In this document: piece after piece, positions 33,752 through 44,004 of the stretch | Numbering within the stretch: position 1 is the stretch's first letter | Layout of the letters: every line of letters begins with the position of its first letter | Assembly (NCBI GenBank): GCA_965223545.1 | Contig: OZ245006.1 | Location: 4,608,001 to 4,672,000 of the forward strand | DNA length: 64,000 nt | Reading direction: 5' to 3' | Source: Planctomycetota bacterium | GTDB lineage: Bacteria > Planctomycetota > UBA1135 > UBA2386 | The notes under the pieces: model-generated | What the model was told of the DNA's origin: nothing | Databases searched by the model: none | What the model saw: only the letters and a program-made list of their open reading frames with translations | Made by a program: the position numbers and the translations under genes

Positions 33752-35864
33752 TCACCGCCCGATCTCGAGGTCCAGCGCCCCCGAAGTCCGCCACACGCCG
33801 CTGTTCCAGACGGCCCCCTGCGCCGAGAGGCGCATTCCGTTGAAGGCTGGTTGAGAGGGGATGGGCAAGACGAGAGAGACCACCCCGGTCGAGCTCGTCA
33901 GGAGGGCGGGCGCCAGCACGATGCCGGCTGGGTCCACGAGAAGCGGGCAGCCGAAGATCGAGGTGCTCGCAGCCGCGGTCGAGATGAGGACGGTGGACGG
34001 CTGACTCATGGCGGGCCCGCCCACGCGCAGCTCGAAGTGAGCGTTGCCCGCGCGTGGAAGGCCGACGTGGACCAATGATGGGGCAAACGGACTCCCAGGG
34101 CACGGTGCGCCGCGCGGGGTCGCCTTGGCGGTCGCGGCCGTCGTCCCGATCCAGGTGTCGAAGTCACCGGCGACGATGATCTCGTTTCGGCGGCTGTCGT
34201 GCGCGACGCGGGCAAGAAAGCCGACGGGCGGCAGGGCGAGGGCTTGCCAGTCCCGGCCATCCCACAGCCAGTTCGCCTGGTCACCGAAGAGGACGATGCC
34301 GCCGATCGCTGGATCGAAGAGCATGCCATGGTAATACGTACCGCTGGTGGCGGGGGGCGGCGCCGTCGTGGTCGACGCGGCGGCCCAATTGGAACCGTTC
34401 CAGAGCCAGGTGTCATTCGCGGGGTTCCCCCCGAGCAGCTTTCCCCCAAACAACACCACGTTGCGGTTCGTGGGGTCGTAGGCCGTGCAAGCCTGGGTGC
34501 GAGCAGATGGGGCGTTGGACGGTGTCCGCTGGGACCAATCCGTGCCGTCCCACTCCCAAGTTTCTTGGGGCATGCTGCTGTTGGCGGGAGTCGCGACGGC
34601 GAAGACGGTTTGGCGTGCACCGTCATATGCAGTGCTCACGTCGCTGAACCACTGGGGGTGTGGTCGCGTGGGGGCTCCGCGCCCAGCTGCCGTCCCACAA
34701 CCATGTCTGCATCAGCGCCGACCTGTCGGTAAGGACGTAGACACCCTCTTGCCGTGCTTCGTCGTAGCAGAAGGCCTCCCAGCCCGTCGTCCAGGGCGCG
34801 GTCTTCGCGGCGAGATTCCAGATCGAGCCGTCCCACTCCCACGTCGAACCCCCGGTCACGCCCACGGTGCGATCACGACTCTTGTCGTAGATGAGCCCAC
34901 CGAAGGGCGTGCGGTTGAACGCGGGGAAAGACTGCACGAAGGTCCAGGCCGTCCCGGTCCACTCGACGAAGCCTTCGGAAGCAACCCTGCGCAACCGTGA
35001 TCGGGTCCCATCGTAGATGAGATTGCCTACACCCGCACCGACTACGCCGCCGGTGGTGAGGTGGTGCCAGCTCTTGCCGTCCCACGACCACGTCTCCGTG
35101 CGAGCGGCCCGCACGACCATGATGACGCGCTGGCTGACCGGGTCGAATGCGGCCGTGGCGAGGCCATTCGGAGGTTTGGGCAGGCCTTGGTGTTCGACCC
35201 ATGTCGCGCCGTCCCAAAGCCACGTATCGCCGAGCGTGCTCCGGCTGCCTCCGAACATGACGACCTGTTGCCGGACTGGGTCGTAGGCCAAGGCATGGTT
35301 CTGCCGCGCTGGCGGCACCAAGGTGGGAAAGTGCTGGGCCCAGTTGGTGCCGTCCCACTCCCAGGTGTCGGCGAGTGACGTGGTTGAGCGCCTGGGGTCG
35401 ACGCCCCCGAAGACGAGAATGCGCTGTCTGGCCGCGTCGTACACCAGCGGCGAGTTGTGTCGCCCCGGAGGGCTCGTGGCAGGAAAGGCCTGCGTCCAGC
35501 CGATCCCGTCGAAGAGGTGTGTCTCGCCAGGAAGCGCGGAGCCTCGTGACGAGCCGAGCAGGACCAGATTCTTGCGGGCGGCGTCATGGGCGAAGCCGAA
35601 CCCGTTGGTGGTGCGGAATCCGAGCTCGTTGGTTGGCACCACCTGTTGCCACCGACTCCCTCGGGACTCCCACGTGCGGTCGGGTAGCCCAGAGGTCGGG
35701 TTGGGCTCGGGGGCGACCGCGACCACCACGCCGCGATGACTGTCGTAGGCCCAGTTGTAGACCCCGACCGTGTCCTGCTTGGTCCAGCTCCGTTGGGCCG
35801 GTGCCGAAGTGCCCGTCAAGAACAAGGCGAACGCGGGGACGAGGCAGTGTCGCAGTGCGTGCAT
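33752..35864 (-). pseudogene. Secreted Kelch-like (TWxWDG repeat) beta-propeller with shared C-terminal domain; frameshift at G5 run 34654-34658
   Basis: Signal peptide MHALRHCLVPAF..., many AYD..R / TWEWDG repeats continuing across two frames; the frameshift may be a sequencing error. Confidence 0.8.
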
Positions 35865-35869
35865 GGTCA

Positions 35870-35897
35870 GTACCGAGTCAGGCTCGATTTTTTCGCT
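35870..35897 (+). repeat. 28 bp palindromic intergenic repeat, copy 2
   Basis: GTACCGAGTCAGGCTCGATTTTTTCGCT. Confidence 0.85.
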
Positions 35898-35902
35898 ACA
35901 GC

Positions 35903-38900
35903 TCACCGCCCGAGCGTCCACACGAGCCCCGGCGTCAAATCGTATCCCCACGGGCTCGCCGTTGGGCCGTGGAACGCCTGCAGCCCGACACTCAATCCCA
36001 GCAACGCGGGAGTCGGCGGGATCGCGAGGTCGATCGACCACGCTCCGCTCACGCTGCCGACCGCCAGCACCACCGGTGCCGTGACGTAGACCGGGCACGT
36101 ACCGATTCGCGCTGGCACCGGGCCGGCTGGCGTGCCGATCAGCAGAGCGCTCGCCGCTCCTGGCGCGGCGCCACTGCCACCGACAGTGGCGATTCGGCCG
36201 AGCACCGGGTCGTCGCCGCGCAGGGTGGGCGCCCAGCCCGCGGCTGCGCACGGTCTCCCCAGCGGCGCCGCGGTCGCGCCGGGAAATGTGTACAGCAGCT
36301 GACTGCCGAGACCGGGCCACACCTGTGCCTGGAAGTAGAGCGTGCCTCGAGACAGGGTGGGTTCGCTCGGAGCGTAGAGTCCGGGGTAGTACGCGTAGGT
36401 GCCGGCCGCGCTGCCGTCGCTCCACCACAGCGACGATGCCGCGCTGCCCCAGGCGACGTGACGGCTGCCGACCGCAGTGACGAACGACAGCGGCAGACCA
36501 TGGCCGCCCTGCAGCTCGACGGTGCCGGCCGTTGTGCCGTCGGTCGAAAAGACCGAGTAGGACCGCCCGTCGGGGCGCGCCACGAACGCCGCGAAGTTGT
36601 CGGCAGAATCGATCTGCATCGGCACCGAGCTCGAAGCGCCGGCGAACAGGTCGGCGACCAGCCGGGTGCCGGCGGCAGTGCCGTCGCTCTTCCACAGCTC
36701 TCGTCCGACCGCGAGATCGTCGGCGGCGAACAGCACCGAGTCGCCGAACGCCGCAAAGCCGCCGGGCACCGAGCTCTCCGGCCCCGCGATGATGTCGGCG
36801 ACCAGGCGGGTGCCGGCCGTGGTCCCGTCGGTGGCCCAGAGCTCGCGCCCCGCCGGCGGCTGGGTGGCGACGAAGTAGAGCAGCGATCCTGCCGCGGTCA
36901 TGTCGGCGGGATTGCCGTCGGCAAAACCGGGGCGGATGTCGGCGACGATCGCCGTGCCGGCCGCGGTGCCGTCGCTGCTCCACAGCTCACGCCCGAACAC
37001 CGGATCGCTGGCCGCGAAGAACAATCGGCCGCGAAACTCCACGAGGTTGGTCGGCGTCGAACCCATCGGTCCCGGCCAGATGTCGAGCACTGGCCGCGTG
37101 CCCGTGGCCGAGCCGTCGCTGCGCCACAGCTCGGCGCCGTTGACGCCATCATCCGCGACGAACATCAGGAGTCCGCCGAGCGCTTGCAGTGCGCGCGGCT
37201 GTGCGCTGCCCCGGCCCGGCACCAGGTCGGCGACCAGGCCGGGAACCCCGGTCTGCAGATCGACCCGCCACAGCTCGGTGCCGACTCGGTCGTCCTTGGC
37301 GACGAAGAAGAGCGCGTCGTCGACGAGCGTCAGCTGCTCCGGGGTCGACCCCTCGCTGCCCGGAAAGAGATCGGCGACGAGCTCGACCTCGGGGGCTCCG
37401 GGCGATTGGCGCCACAGCTCCCGGCCGTGGACACCATCATCGGCGACGAAGTACAGCGTGCCGTAGGCATCGGTGAGCTCGGAAGGCGAGGATTGCTGCT
37501 GCGCGCGCCGAGTCTCGACGTTGGCGATCAACTCCGTGCCCGGCCCGGTCGTGTCCGTCACCCACACCTCCGCGCCGCTCGAGCCGTCGTCGGCGACGAA
37601 GAACGCGCGCCCTTGGCTTCGGTCCGCGACCAACTGGTACGGGTACGAACCCTCCGGCCCGGGGAAGACGTCGCGCAGGCGCCGCGTCCCGGCCGCGGTG
37701 CCATCACTGGCGAAGATCTCCTCGCCCGCCGTGCCATCATCGGCGGCGAAGACCACCTCGTCGCCGAGGTTGGCCAGATAGGGCACCAGGAATGGGGTGA
37801 TGCCGGACGCCGCACCGGCTTGCACGTCGGCGACCCGCCGCGTCCCGGTCGCCGTGCCATCCGAGAGCCAGAGCTCGCGGCCCCCCGCGAGATCGGTGGC
37901 GAAGAACGCGGTCTCGGTCCCCAACTCGGTGAACCGCTCGGGCAACGAGCCGCTCGGCCCCGGCCAGATATCGGCGACGCGGCGGGTGCCGGCGACGGTG
38001 CCGTCGCTGGTCCAGGGCTCGAGTCCGTTGATGCCGTCGTTGCCCGCGAACCACAGGCGGCCGTGCACCACGGCCAAGGGATCGCGGCGCAGACCTCTCG
38101 CCGCGCCGGGCAGCAGGTCGAGCAGCATTCCCGTGCCCGCGGCGGTGCCGTCGCTCGACCACAGCTCGCGGCCAAAGGCCCGGATGTCCGCCGTGAAGTA
38201 GATGCGGTTTCCCAGGCGTTGCAGCGACAGCGGGTCGGGTGGGGCGCCGGTCGTCAGCCGAAGCGTTCCGGCGGCGGTACCGTCAGTGCGCCAGAGGTGG
38301 GCATCAGCGCCGATGAACAGCATGGCTCCGCCGAGCTCGGCGACGGCGCCGAAGGCCGAGCCGAGCGCGATGCCGGCTGCGACTTCGTGGGTTCCGGCGG
38401 CAGTGCCGTCGGTCAGCCAGAGAGAGTAGCCGGCGCCGGACGGCGACGCGGAGAACAGCACGCCGGCGCTGGTCGGCCACAGTCGCCACGGCGATGAGCC
38501 CGTCGGCCCCGGCGCGAGGTCGGCAATCATCGTCGTGCCGCCAGGCGTGCCGTCGGTGCGCCACAGCTCCCTGCCGTGCACGCCGTCGTCGGCGGCGAAC
38601 ACCACCGTGTTGCCGAGCACCGTCATCTCCCTGGGGTTCGAGCTCGCCAACCCCGGCAGCACGTCGGCCACCAACGTCGGCGGGCTGCCTGGAGTGGCCG
38701 CGTGGAACAACTCGGTCCCCACGCCGATCTGGCTGGCTGCGAACAGGATGCCGTTGCCGAACGGCACGAGGCTGGTGGGGTTGCTGCCGAGCTCGGCCCC
38801 GGAGTTTCGCATCGACTTGAAGCCCACCGCCGGCAGGGTTCGCGGCGATTGTGGTCGGAGCTCGACCGCTCCGGCGAGCAGCACCCCGGCCAGGTAGGGC

Positions 38901-38959
38901 AGCATGACCGAGAACGTGCGCGGGGTAGAGGCGAGGGGTCGCGGCTGCGCGGTGCTCAT
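35903..38959 (-). CDS. ELWxxDGT-repeat secreted protein with shared C-terminal domain
   Basis: About 17 ELWxxDGT-like repeats (e.g. GRELWRTDGT, GRELWSSDGT). Confidence 0.92.
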   Translation of the reverse strand: MSTAQPRPLASTPRTFSVMLPYLAGVLLAGAVELRPQSPRTLPAVGFKSMRNSGAELGSNPTSLVPFGNGILFAASQIGVGTELFHAATPGSPPTLVADVLPGLASSNPREMTVLGNTVVFAADDGVHGRELWRTDGTPGGTTMIADLAPGPTGSSPWRLWPTSAGVLFSASPSGAGYSLWLTDGTAAGTHEVAAGIALGSAFGAVAELGGAMLFIGADAHLWRTDGTAAGTLRLTTGAPPDPLSLQRLGNRIYFTADIRAFGRELWSSDGTAAGTGMLLDLLPGAARGLRRDPLAVVHGRLWFAGNDGINGLEPWTSDGTVAGTRRVADIWPGPSGSLPERFTELGTETAFFATDLAGGRELWLSDGTATGTRRVADVQAGAASGITPFLVPYLANLGDEVVFAADDGTAGEEIFASDGTAAGTRRLRDVFPGPEGSYPYQLVADRSQGRAFFVADDGSSGAEVWVTDTTGPGTELIANVETRRAQQQSSPSELTDAYGTLYFVADDGVHGRELWRQSPGAPEVELVADLFPGSEGSTPEQLTLVDDALFFVAKDDRVGTELWRVDLQTGVPGLVADLVPGRGSAQPRALQALGGLLMFVADDGVNGAELWRSDGSATGTRPVLDIWPGPMGSTPTNLVEFRGRLFFAASDPVFGRELWSSDGTAAGTAIVADIRPGFADGNPADMTAAGSLLYFVATQPPAGRELWATDGTTAGTRLVADIIAGPESSVPGGFAAFGDSVLFAADDLAVGRELWKSDGTAAGTRLVADLFAGASSSVPMQIDSADNFAAFVARPDGRSYSVFSTDGTTAGTVELQGGHGLPLSFVTAVGSRHVAWGSAASSLWWSDGSAAGTYAYYPGLYAPSEPTLSRGTLYFQAQVWPGLGSQLLYTFPGATAAPLGRPCAAAGWAPTLRGDDPVLGRIATVGGSGAAPGAASALLIGTPAGPVPARIGTCPVYVTAPVVLAVGSVSGAWSIDLAIPPTPALLGLSVGLQAFHGPTASPWGYDLTPGLVWTLGR

Positions 38960-39072
38960 GACGGCTCCTGTTCGAGTGGGGCTCCCGTTTCCCGTCAACG
39001 GAATGGCGTCGCTGGCGTCATCATACCGGAGAGCGCCGCCCGCGGATCGCCGTCGCGGCCGCCCGCCCCCCG

Positions 39073-42000
39073 TCAGCGACTGCGCAGACGCGCGAGCTCG
39101 GCCTCGATCGTCCGTCTCTCAGTCGGATCGTCGACCACCGCAACCGCCCTTTGCAGGGCGTCGATCGCACCCGCGGCGTCGCCCGACGCCTCGCGCGCGC
39201 GGGCCAGCGTGCGCAGCAGCGGCGCGGCGTCGCCGCCGTTGCGCTGCAGCGCCAGTTCGGCCAACCGCACGGTCGTGCTCGCGTCGCGCAAGTCCTCGAA
39301 CTCGACCGCCAGCATCGACTCGGTCGCCGATGCCAGTTCGGCGGGGCTGCCGCCGCCCGCCGCGGCGTACTGCTCCCAAGCGGCGCGCCACTCGCGAAAC
39401 GTGGAGCGCGTCGTGGCGGAGTCCTGCAGGGCTTGGCTGGAGTCGAGTGCCACGCCGAGCGCCTGCACCCGGTACGCGAGCATCGTGCGGTTGATCTCCG
39501 AGTGCTCGCCCCAGGCGTCGGTGTGCGCGACCACCGCCATCGCCTCGCGCCGCGCCGCCGCCGGCTGATCTCGCTCGGCCTCGAGCGCGGCACAGCGCAG
39601 CCGGCGGAACATCAGGTTGGTGGCGATCTGGTAGTCCTCCGGGTAGCGGTCGGCCAGCTCGACCAGCACGCCGACCGCTTCGCGGTAGGCCGCCAGCGCG
39701 GCGTCCGCGTCGCCGCGCGCGACCAGGACGTCGCCCCGTTCGGCGTGGGCGAACGCGAGCGACGTGCGTGCCCCCTTGCTCGGCGCCCGCTCCAGCCAAG
39801 CGCGGCAGAGCTCGACATCGCGGTCCGTGGCTTCCAGTGCGGCGTCGAGGTCACCAGTCTGCGTGTGCAAGTCTCCGGCGCGGCGGTGGGCATTGGCGAG
39901 CGTTGCAACGACCGGCACGCTGTCGGGCTGCTCGCGGAACAACCCCTCCATGACCGCGATGCCTCGGTCGAGCTCGGTCGTCGCCGCAGCGAGGTCCCCG
40001 CTCTTGGCCAGCAGAGCCGCCGACTGCTCCCGCATCCACCCCAGGTGGCGCCGCACTTCGGGCGTGCGCCCGCCCTCGGTGAGCTGCTCTCCCAGCGCGC
40101 TGGCGCGGCGCGCCAGCTGCAACGCGGCCTGGTCGTCGCCGTCCTGGTTGAACACGAGGACACCGATCATCGCGACGCTCATCATGTGGACGCCGAAATC
40201 GATGTTGAGGGGGTCGCTGGCCAGCAGCTCTTCCTGCACCGCGAGCGCGTGCTCGATCGGTGCCCGTGCCGCCGCGGCGCGGCCGCTTCGCGCCAACAGC
40301 TCGGCGGCACCGGCCTCCACCTGCACCCACAGCTGGCGGTGGTGCACGTGCGCCGGCGCGCGCACCACCAATTGCTCCGCCCGCTCGGCCGCGCGTTGGT
40401 AGTGTTGCAGACTCTCGGCCTGTTGTCCCGCGTGCAGCAGGCTCTCGGCGGCATCGCGCAGCGCGAGGACGACGTTGCGTTCTGCGCGGTCGTGCGCGCC
40501 CGCGGTGTCGGCGATGGCCTCGCACACACGCACCAGCCGCTGGCGCTCCGCCAACGCCACCGCGTCGTCGCCGCGCAGGTAGGTGACCCTCGCCAGCGCG
40601 CGTTCTGCCTCCGCGGCGTCGAGCTGCGCGTCGACCGTGCCGCGGTCGGCGGCGATCGCGCGCGCCAGTTCGACGGCCGCGCCCAGCTGCGCCTCGGCCG
40701 CATCGAGCTCGCCCTGTTGCAGATCGAGTCGACCCTGCGCGAACACGAGCTGCCGGCGGGCGTCGCGCAGTACCGCGTCGTCGGTATCCGGCAAGCTCGC
40801 GAGAATGTCCCGCGCGGCGGCCAAGTGGTGCTCGGCGGCGGTTGCGTCGCCGAGGCTGCCCTTGCCGCTGATGCCGAGCAGATGGCCCAGCCGTAGATGC
40901 GCCAGGCCGAGGTCGCGCGAGACCGAAGGGTCCTCGCTCCGCAGCGCGATCAGCTTGTCGAGCAGGCGCTGCGCCCGCTCGATCACCAAGCGGCGCGCCG
41001 CGGTCGCGCCGGGCAGCGCCTCGATCGCGCCGTGAAAGTCGAACAAGAACTCGCCGGCGAGCTGGCGCAGGTCGCGGGCGTGATCGCGGGCGACGTCGCG
41101 CTCGGCAGCCAAGGCGACGCCGTGCGCCCGTTCGCGCTGCGAGAAGACCACACCGCCGACCGAGGTCAGCGCCATGCCGGCCAGGGCTGCCGCGCTGAGC
41201 CGTGGATGCCGCTGCGCCCAGCGCACCAGTCGCACGCCGACGCCGAGTCGTCGCGCCTCGATCGGGTGGTGCGTCAGCAGGTTGCCCAGGTCGCGGGCCA
41301 GGGCACCGGCGGTCTGATAGCGGCGGTGCGGATCGCGGTCCATCGCCGTCAGACAGACGGTCTCGACGTCGCGCGCGACGCCGCGGTTGTACTCGCGCGG
41401 TGGTCGCACCTCGCCGACGAGGATCCGCTGCATGGTCGCTTCGCTCGACGGGTGCTCGAACGCCATCTGCAGCGTCAGCAACTCGTACAGCGTGACGCCG
41501 AGCGAGTAGACGTCGGTGCGCTGGTCGAGCGGCTCGCCGCGCACCTGCTCCGGCGACATGTACGGCACCGAGCCCTGCTGGCTGCCGGTGCGCGTCAGCT
41601 TGGCGGTGCGGGTGGACGCCGCGAGCCCGAAGTCCAGCACCTGAACCCGTCCGTCCGCGGTGATCGCCAGATTGGAGGGCTTGACGTCGCGGTGCACGAT
41701 GCCGCGCGAGTGCGCGTAGTCGAGGGCTTCGGCCGCCTGCCGCACCAGCCGTAGCGTGATCTCGACCCAGGACCCGCGGAACGGATCCGCGCCGTCGACG
41801 CGGTCCTCGTGGCCGAGCGCTTTGCGGATCGGCGCAGCCCGGCGGCGGACCGCAGCCGCCACCGCGGCGCCGTCGATGTCGTCGATCGGACCCCCGCGCA
41901 GCTCGTCGCAAAGGTCGGTGAGCGAGCAGCCGTCGATCAGCTGCATCGCGAAGAACGGAATGCCGCGCTCCGCCCCGACCGTGTAGATCGGCACGATGCC

Positions 42001-42387
42001 TGGGTGCTGCAGACTGGCGATGACCTCGACCTCGCGTTGGAACCGCGATTGGGTGGCCTCGAAGTACGCCAGCTCGGGGCGGATCAGCTTGAGGGCGACG
42101 TGGCGCTGCAGGGACTCTTGTTCCGCCAGATAGACGACGCCCATGCCGCCGGCGCCGAGCTTGTCGACCAGGCGAAAGTCGCCGATGCGATCGAGCTCGC
42201 CCGGCTGCGCGGCGGGTTCGCCGAACAAGCCGGCGCGGCGCAGCACGTCGATGCGCTCGCGCAGTGGGCCGGCGAGCTGGGGGTGTTCGGCACACAGCGC
42301 CTCGATGACCGCATCGCCTTCGGCCTCCCAGCGCTCGAGGCAGTCGAGGAGCAGGCGGTCGACGGGATCGCTCTCGGTGCGCGTCAT
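39073..42387 (-). CDS. Ser/Thr protein kinase with TPR-like C-terminal region
   Basis: LGAGGMGVVY, VALK, HRDVKPSN, DFG, YMSPEQ, TM segment, helical TPR-like repeats. Confidence 0.93.
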   Translation of the reverse strand: MTRTESDPVDRLLLDCLERWEAEGDAVIEALCAEHPQLAGPLRERIDVLRRAGLFGEPAAQPGELDRIGDFRLVDKLGAGGMGVVYLAEQESLQRHVALKLIRPELAYFEATQSRFQREVEVIASLQHPGIVPIYTVGAERGIPFFAMQLIDGCSLTDLCDELRGGPIDDIDGAAVAAAVRRRAAPIRKALGHEDRVDGADPFRGSWVEITLRLVRQAAEALDYAHSRGIVHRDVKPSNLAITADGRVQVLDFGLAASTRTAKLTRTGSQQGSVPYMSPEQVRGEPLDQRTDVYSLGVTLYELLTLQMAFEHPSSEATMQRILVGEVRPPREYNRGVARDVETVCLTAMDRDPHRRYQTAGALARDLGNLLTHHPIEARRLGVGVRLVRWAQRHPRLSAAALAGMALTSVGGVVFSQRERAHGVALAAERDVARDHARDLRQLAGEFLFDFHGAIEALPGATAARRLVIERAQRLLDKLIALRSEDPSVSRDLGLAHLRLGHLLGISGKGSLGDATAAEHHLAAARDILASLPDTDDAVLRDARRQLVFAQGRLDLQQGELDAAEAQLGAAVELARAIAADRGTVDAQLDAAEAERALARVTYLRGDDAVALAERQRLVRVCEAIADTAGAHDRAERNVVLALRDAAESLLHAGQQAESLQHYQRAAERAEQLVVRAPAHVHHRQLWVQVEAGAAELLARSGRAAAARAPIEHALAVQEELLASDPLNIDFGVHMMSVAMIGVLVFNQDGDDQAALQLARRASALGEQLTEGGRTPEVRRHLGWMREQSAALLAKSGDLAAATTELDRGIAVMEGLFREQPDSVPVVATLANAHRRAGDLHTQTGDLDAALEATDRDVELCRAWLERAPSKGARTSLAFAHAERGDVLVARGDADAALAAYREAVGVLVELADRYPEDYQIATNLMFRRLRCAALEAERDQPAAARREAMAVVAHTDAWGEHSEINRTMLAYRVQALGVALDSSQALQDSATTRSTFREWRAAWEQYAAAGGGSPAELASATESMLAVEFEDLRDASTTVRLAELALQRNGGDAAPLLRTLARAREASGDAAGAIDALQRAVAVVDDPTERRTIEAELARLRSR

Positions 42388-42431
42388 CGATGCGGGCAGG
42401 CGGCGCCGGGCGGGCGCCGCAGGCTCGGATT

Positions 42432-43937
42432 CTACTCCCCGACCGTGCCCTTGCCGGCGTTCGTCAACACCACGCCGGCGGGATTGGCGCCGAAGTCCAC
42501 CGCTGCGTACTGGTTGAAGAAGTCGTGGCCGATCAGCGCCGCGGTGGTCGGCACCCGCAGGTTGTAGGAAGGGTTGCCGGAGCCGGTCGACAGCGGGACC
42601 GGCGAGTCGAGACTGACCAGCAGCGAGCAGCCCGTCATGCCGTAGCTGTCGAGGGGCATCGGCAGCGGCGAACCCGACCACGTCGCGTCGGAGGCACCGA
42701 ACCACAGCACGCCCATTTGGTTGGCCGGCACGTTGTCGACCTGGATCGTCATCGAGCGGCCGACATCCGGAAAGCCCACCGAGCTCAGTGTCGCGGTGCC
42801 GGCCGAGCCGGCGCAGCCGTTGCCGAACGCGTTGTAGAAGCCGCCCGGACTCTGCAGCAGTGCTTGCAGTGCCGAGCGCAGGTTGCTGCGGTCGATGCGC
42901 GTGCCCTGGTTCGAGCCGCCGCTCGAGCTGCAGCCGCCATGCGTGTGGATGCCGATCGCGTTGCCGGTGTTCTCGTGGATCACCGGCGAACCGGAGTTGC
43001 CGCCGGTGGTGTCGGTGCGGTAGCGCAGCGAAGTCGAGCCCAGCGACGCCAGGGGGCCGACGTGGGTCTTCTGCGCGCCGTTCCACTGCCGCGGCACGCC
43101 ACTGCCCGTCGTCCCGTAGCCCGTGATGCGGATGTTGTTGCCGCCCACGCTGCCGGGCAGAGTGCCGACGTTGTACCAACCGCCCTGACCCTGGCCGGGG
43201 TAGAGGCCGGTGTTGCTGTTGCGGCCGGCGTAGGCGCACATCCAGTCGGCGCCGACACCCGAGTTCTGCAGCTGGCGGGTCGCGGTGATGACCGGATACT
43301 GATCGTCCGGCGGTGGCGCGACGTATCCGCCACTGCCGGTCGAGAGGGGCACGTTGACGTGGATCTGGTTCGCGCCCGAAGCGCAGTGACCGGCGGTGAG
43401 CACGACGCGCGGGCCGGCGAGCCACATCGAGCAGCCGTTGGGCGCGGCGCGCCCTGCGCGGGGGTCTTCGCTCGGTCGGCGGTCGTCGGTGCGGCCGCAG
43501 ATGGTCTCCGCGATCGCCACACCACCGTCGCGCACTTGGAACACGAACACGCGGTTGCCGCGGGTGTTGGCGCCCGCGACCAGCTCGACGTCGACGGCGT
43601 TGCCGTTGAAGTAGGCCGATTCGTTCGAGTAGTCGCGCAGACTGCCCGCGTCGAACCACTGCACGGCGCCGTCGAGCCGCGAGGTCAGCCGCAAGCGTGT
43701 GCCGGCCGGCAGGTTCGTGTTCTGGAAGTGCAGCTGGATCCAGTCCGCGTCACGCGCGAGCTCGACCGTGCCGCGGAAGACGACGCGCGCCGAGGCGGCC
43801 GGGTTGGCGAGATAGCCCGAGTCGAGCGTGTAGGGCCGGTCGGTGTAGGTGACGGGTGGCGGATACTGGATCTGGGCGACGGTCGCGCTGGTGGCGATCG
43901 AGAAGCCTGCGAGAACGAGCAGTGAGCGATGGCGCAT
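42432..43937 (-). CDS. Secreted trypsin-like serine protease with shared C-terminal domain
   Basis: Signal peptide, prodomain, ETICG, LTAGHC, GADW, TGGNSGSP catalytic triad motifs. Confidence 0.92.
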   Translation of the reverse strand: MRHRSLLVLAGFSIATSATVAQIQYPPPVTYTDRPYTLDSGYLANPAASARVVFRGTVELARDADWIQLHFQNTNLPAGTRLRLTSRLDGAVQWFDAGSLRDYSNESAYFNGNAVDVELVAGANTRGNRVFVFQVRDGGVAIAETICGRTDDRRPSEDPRAGRAAPNGCSMWLAGPRVVLTAGHCASGANQIHVNVPLSTGSGGYVAPPPDDQYPVITATRQLQNSGVGADWMCAYAGRNSNTGLYPGQGQGGWYNVGTLPGSVGGNNIRITGYGTTGSGVPRQWNGAQKTHVGPLASLGSTSLRYRTDTTGGNSGSPVIHENTGNAIGIHTHGGCSSSGGSNQGTRIDRSNLRSALQALLQSPGGFYNAFGNGCAGSAGTATLSSVGFPDVGRSMTIQVDNVPANQMGVLWFGASDATWSGSPLPMPLDSYGMTGCSLLVSLDSPVPLSTGSGNPSYNLRVPTTAALIGHDFFNQYAAVDFGANPAGVVLTNAGKGTVGE

Positions 43938-44004
43938 GAGAGGCCTGAGTCGTCGCGAGACGACGCAAAGAGGACCGGGTGGGAGACGGCAGGCCCGCGC
44001 GAGT

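Noticed and set aside
36400..38700. Periodic DNA repeats (e.g. CCACAGCTC, GTGCCGTC) suggestive of an array
   Set aside because: They are the coding ELWxxDGT repeats; no constant repeat-spacer structure and no cas genes.
42388..43659. 1528 aa ORF suggesting a long N-terminal extension of the kinase
   Set aside because: The extension overlaps the protease gene out of frame; the kinase plausibly starts at ATG 42387. The same applies to the extended track starts of the DUF1501, amidohydrolase and 26975 ORFs.
43945..43985. GTCGTC-GCGA-GACGAC hairpin followed by GCAAAG, resembling a c-di-GMP-I riboswitch P2
   Set aside because: Lacks the upstream GGCAAA and a clear P3, and lies antisense to the adjacent protease gene; an Infernal search with RF01051 would settle it.
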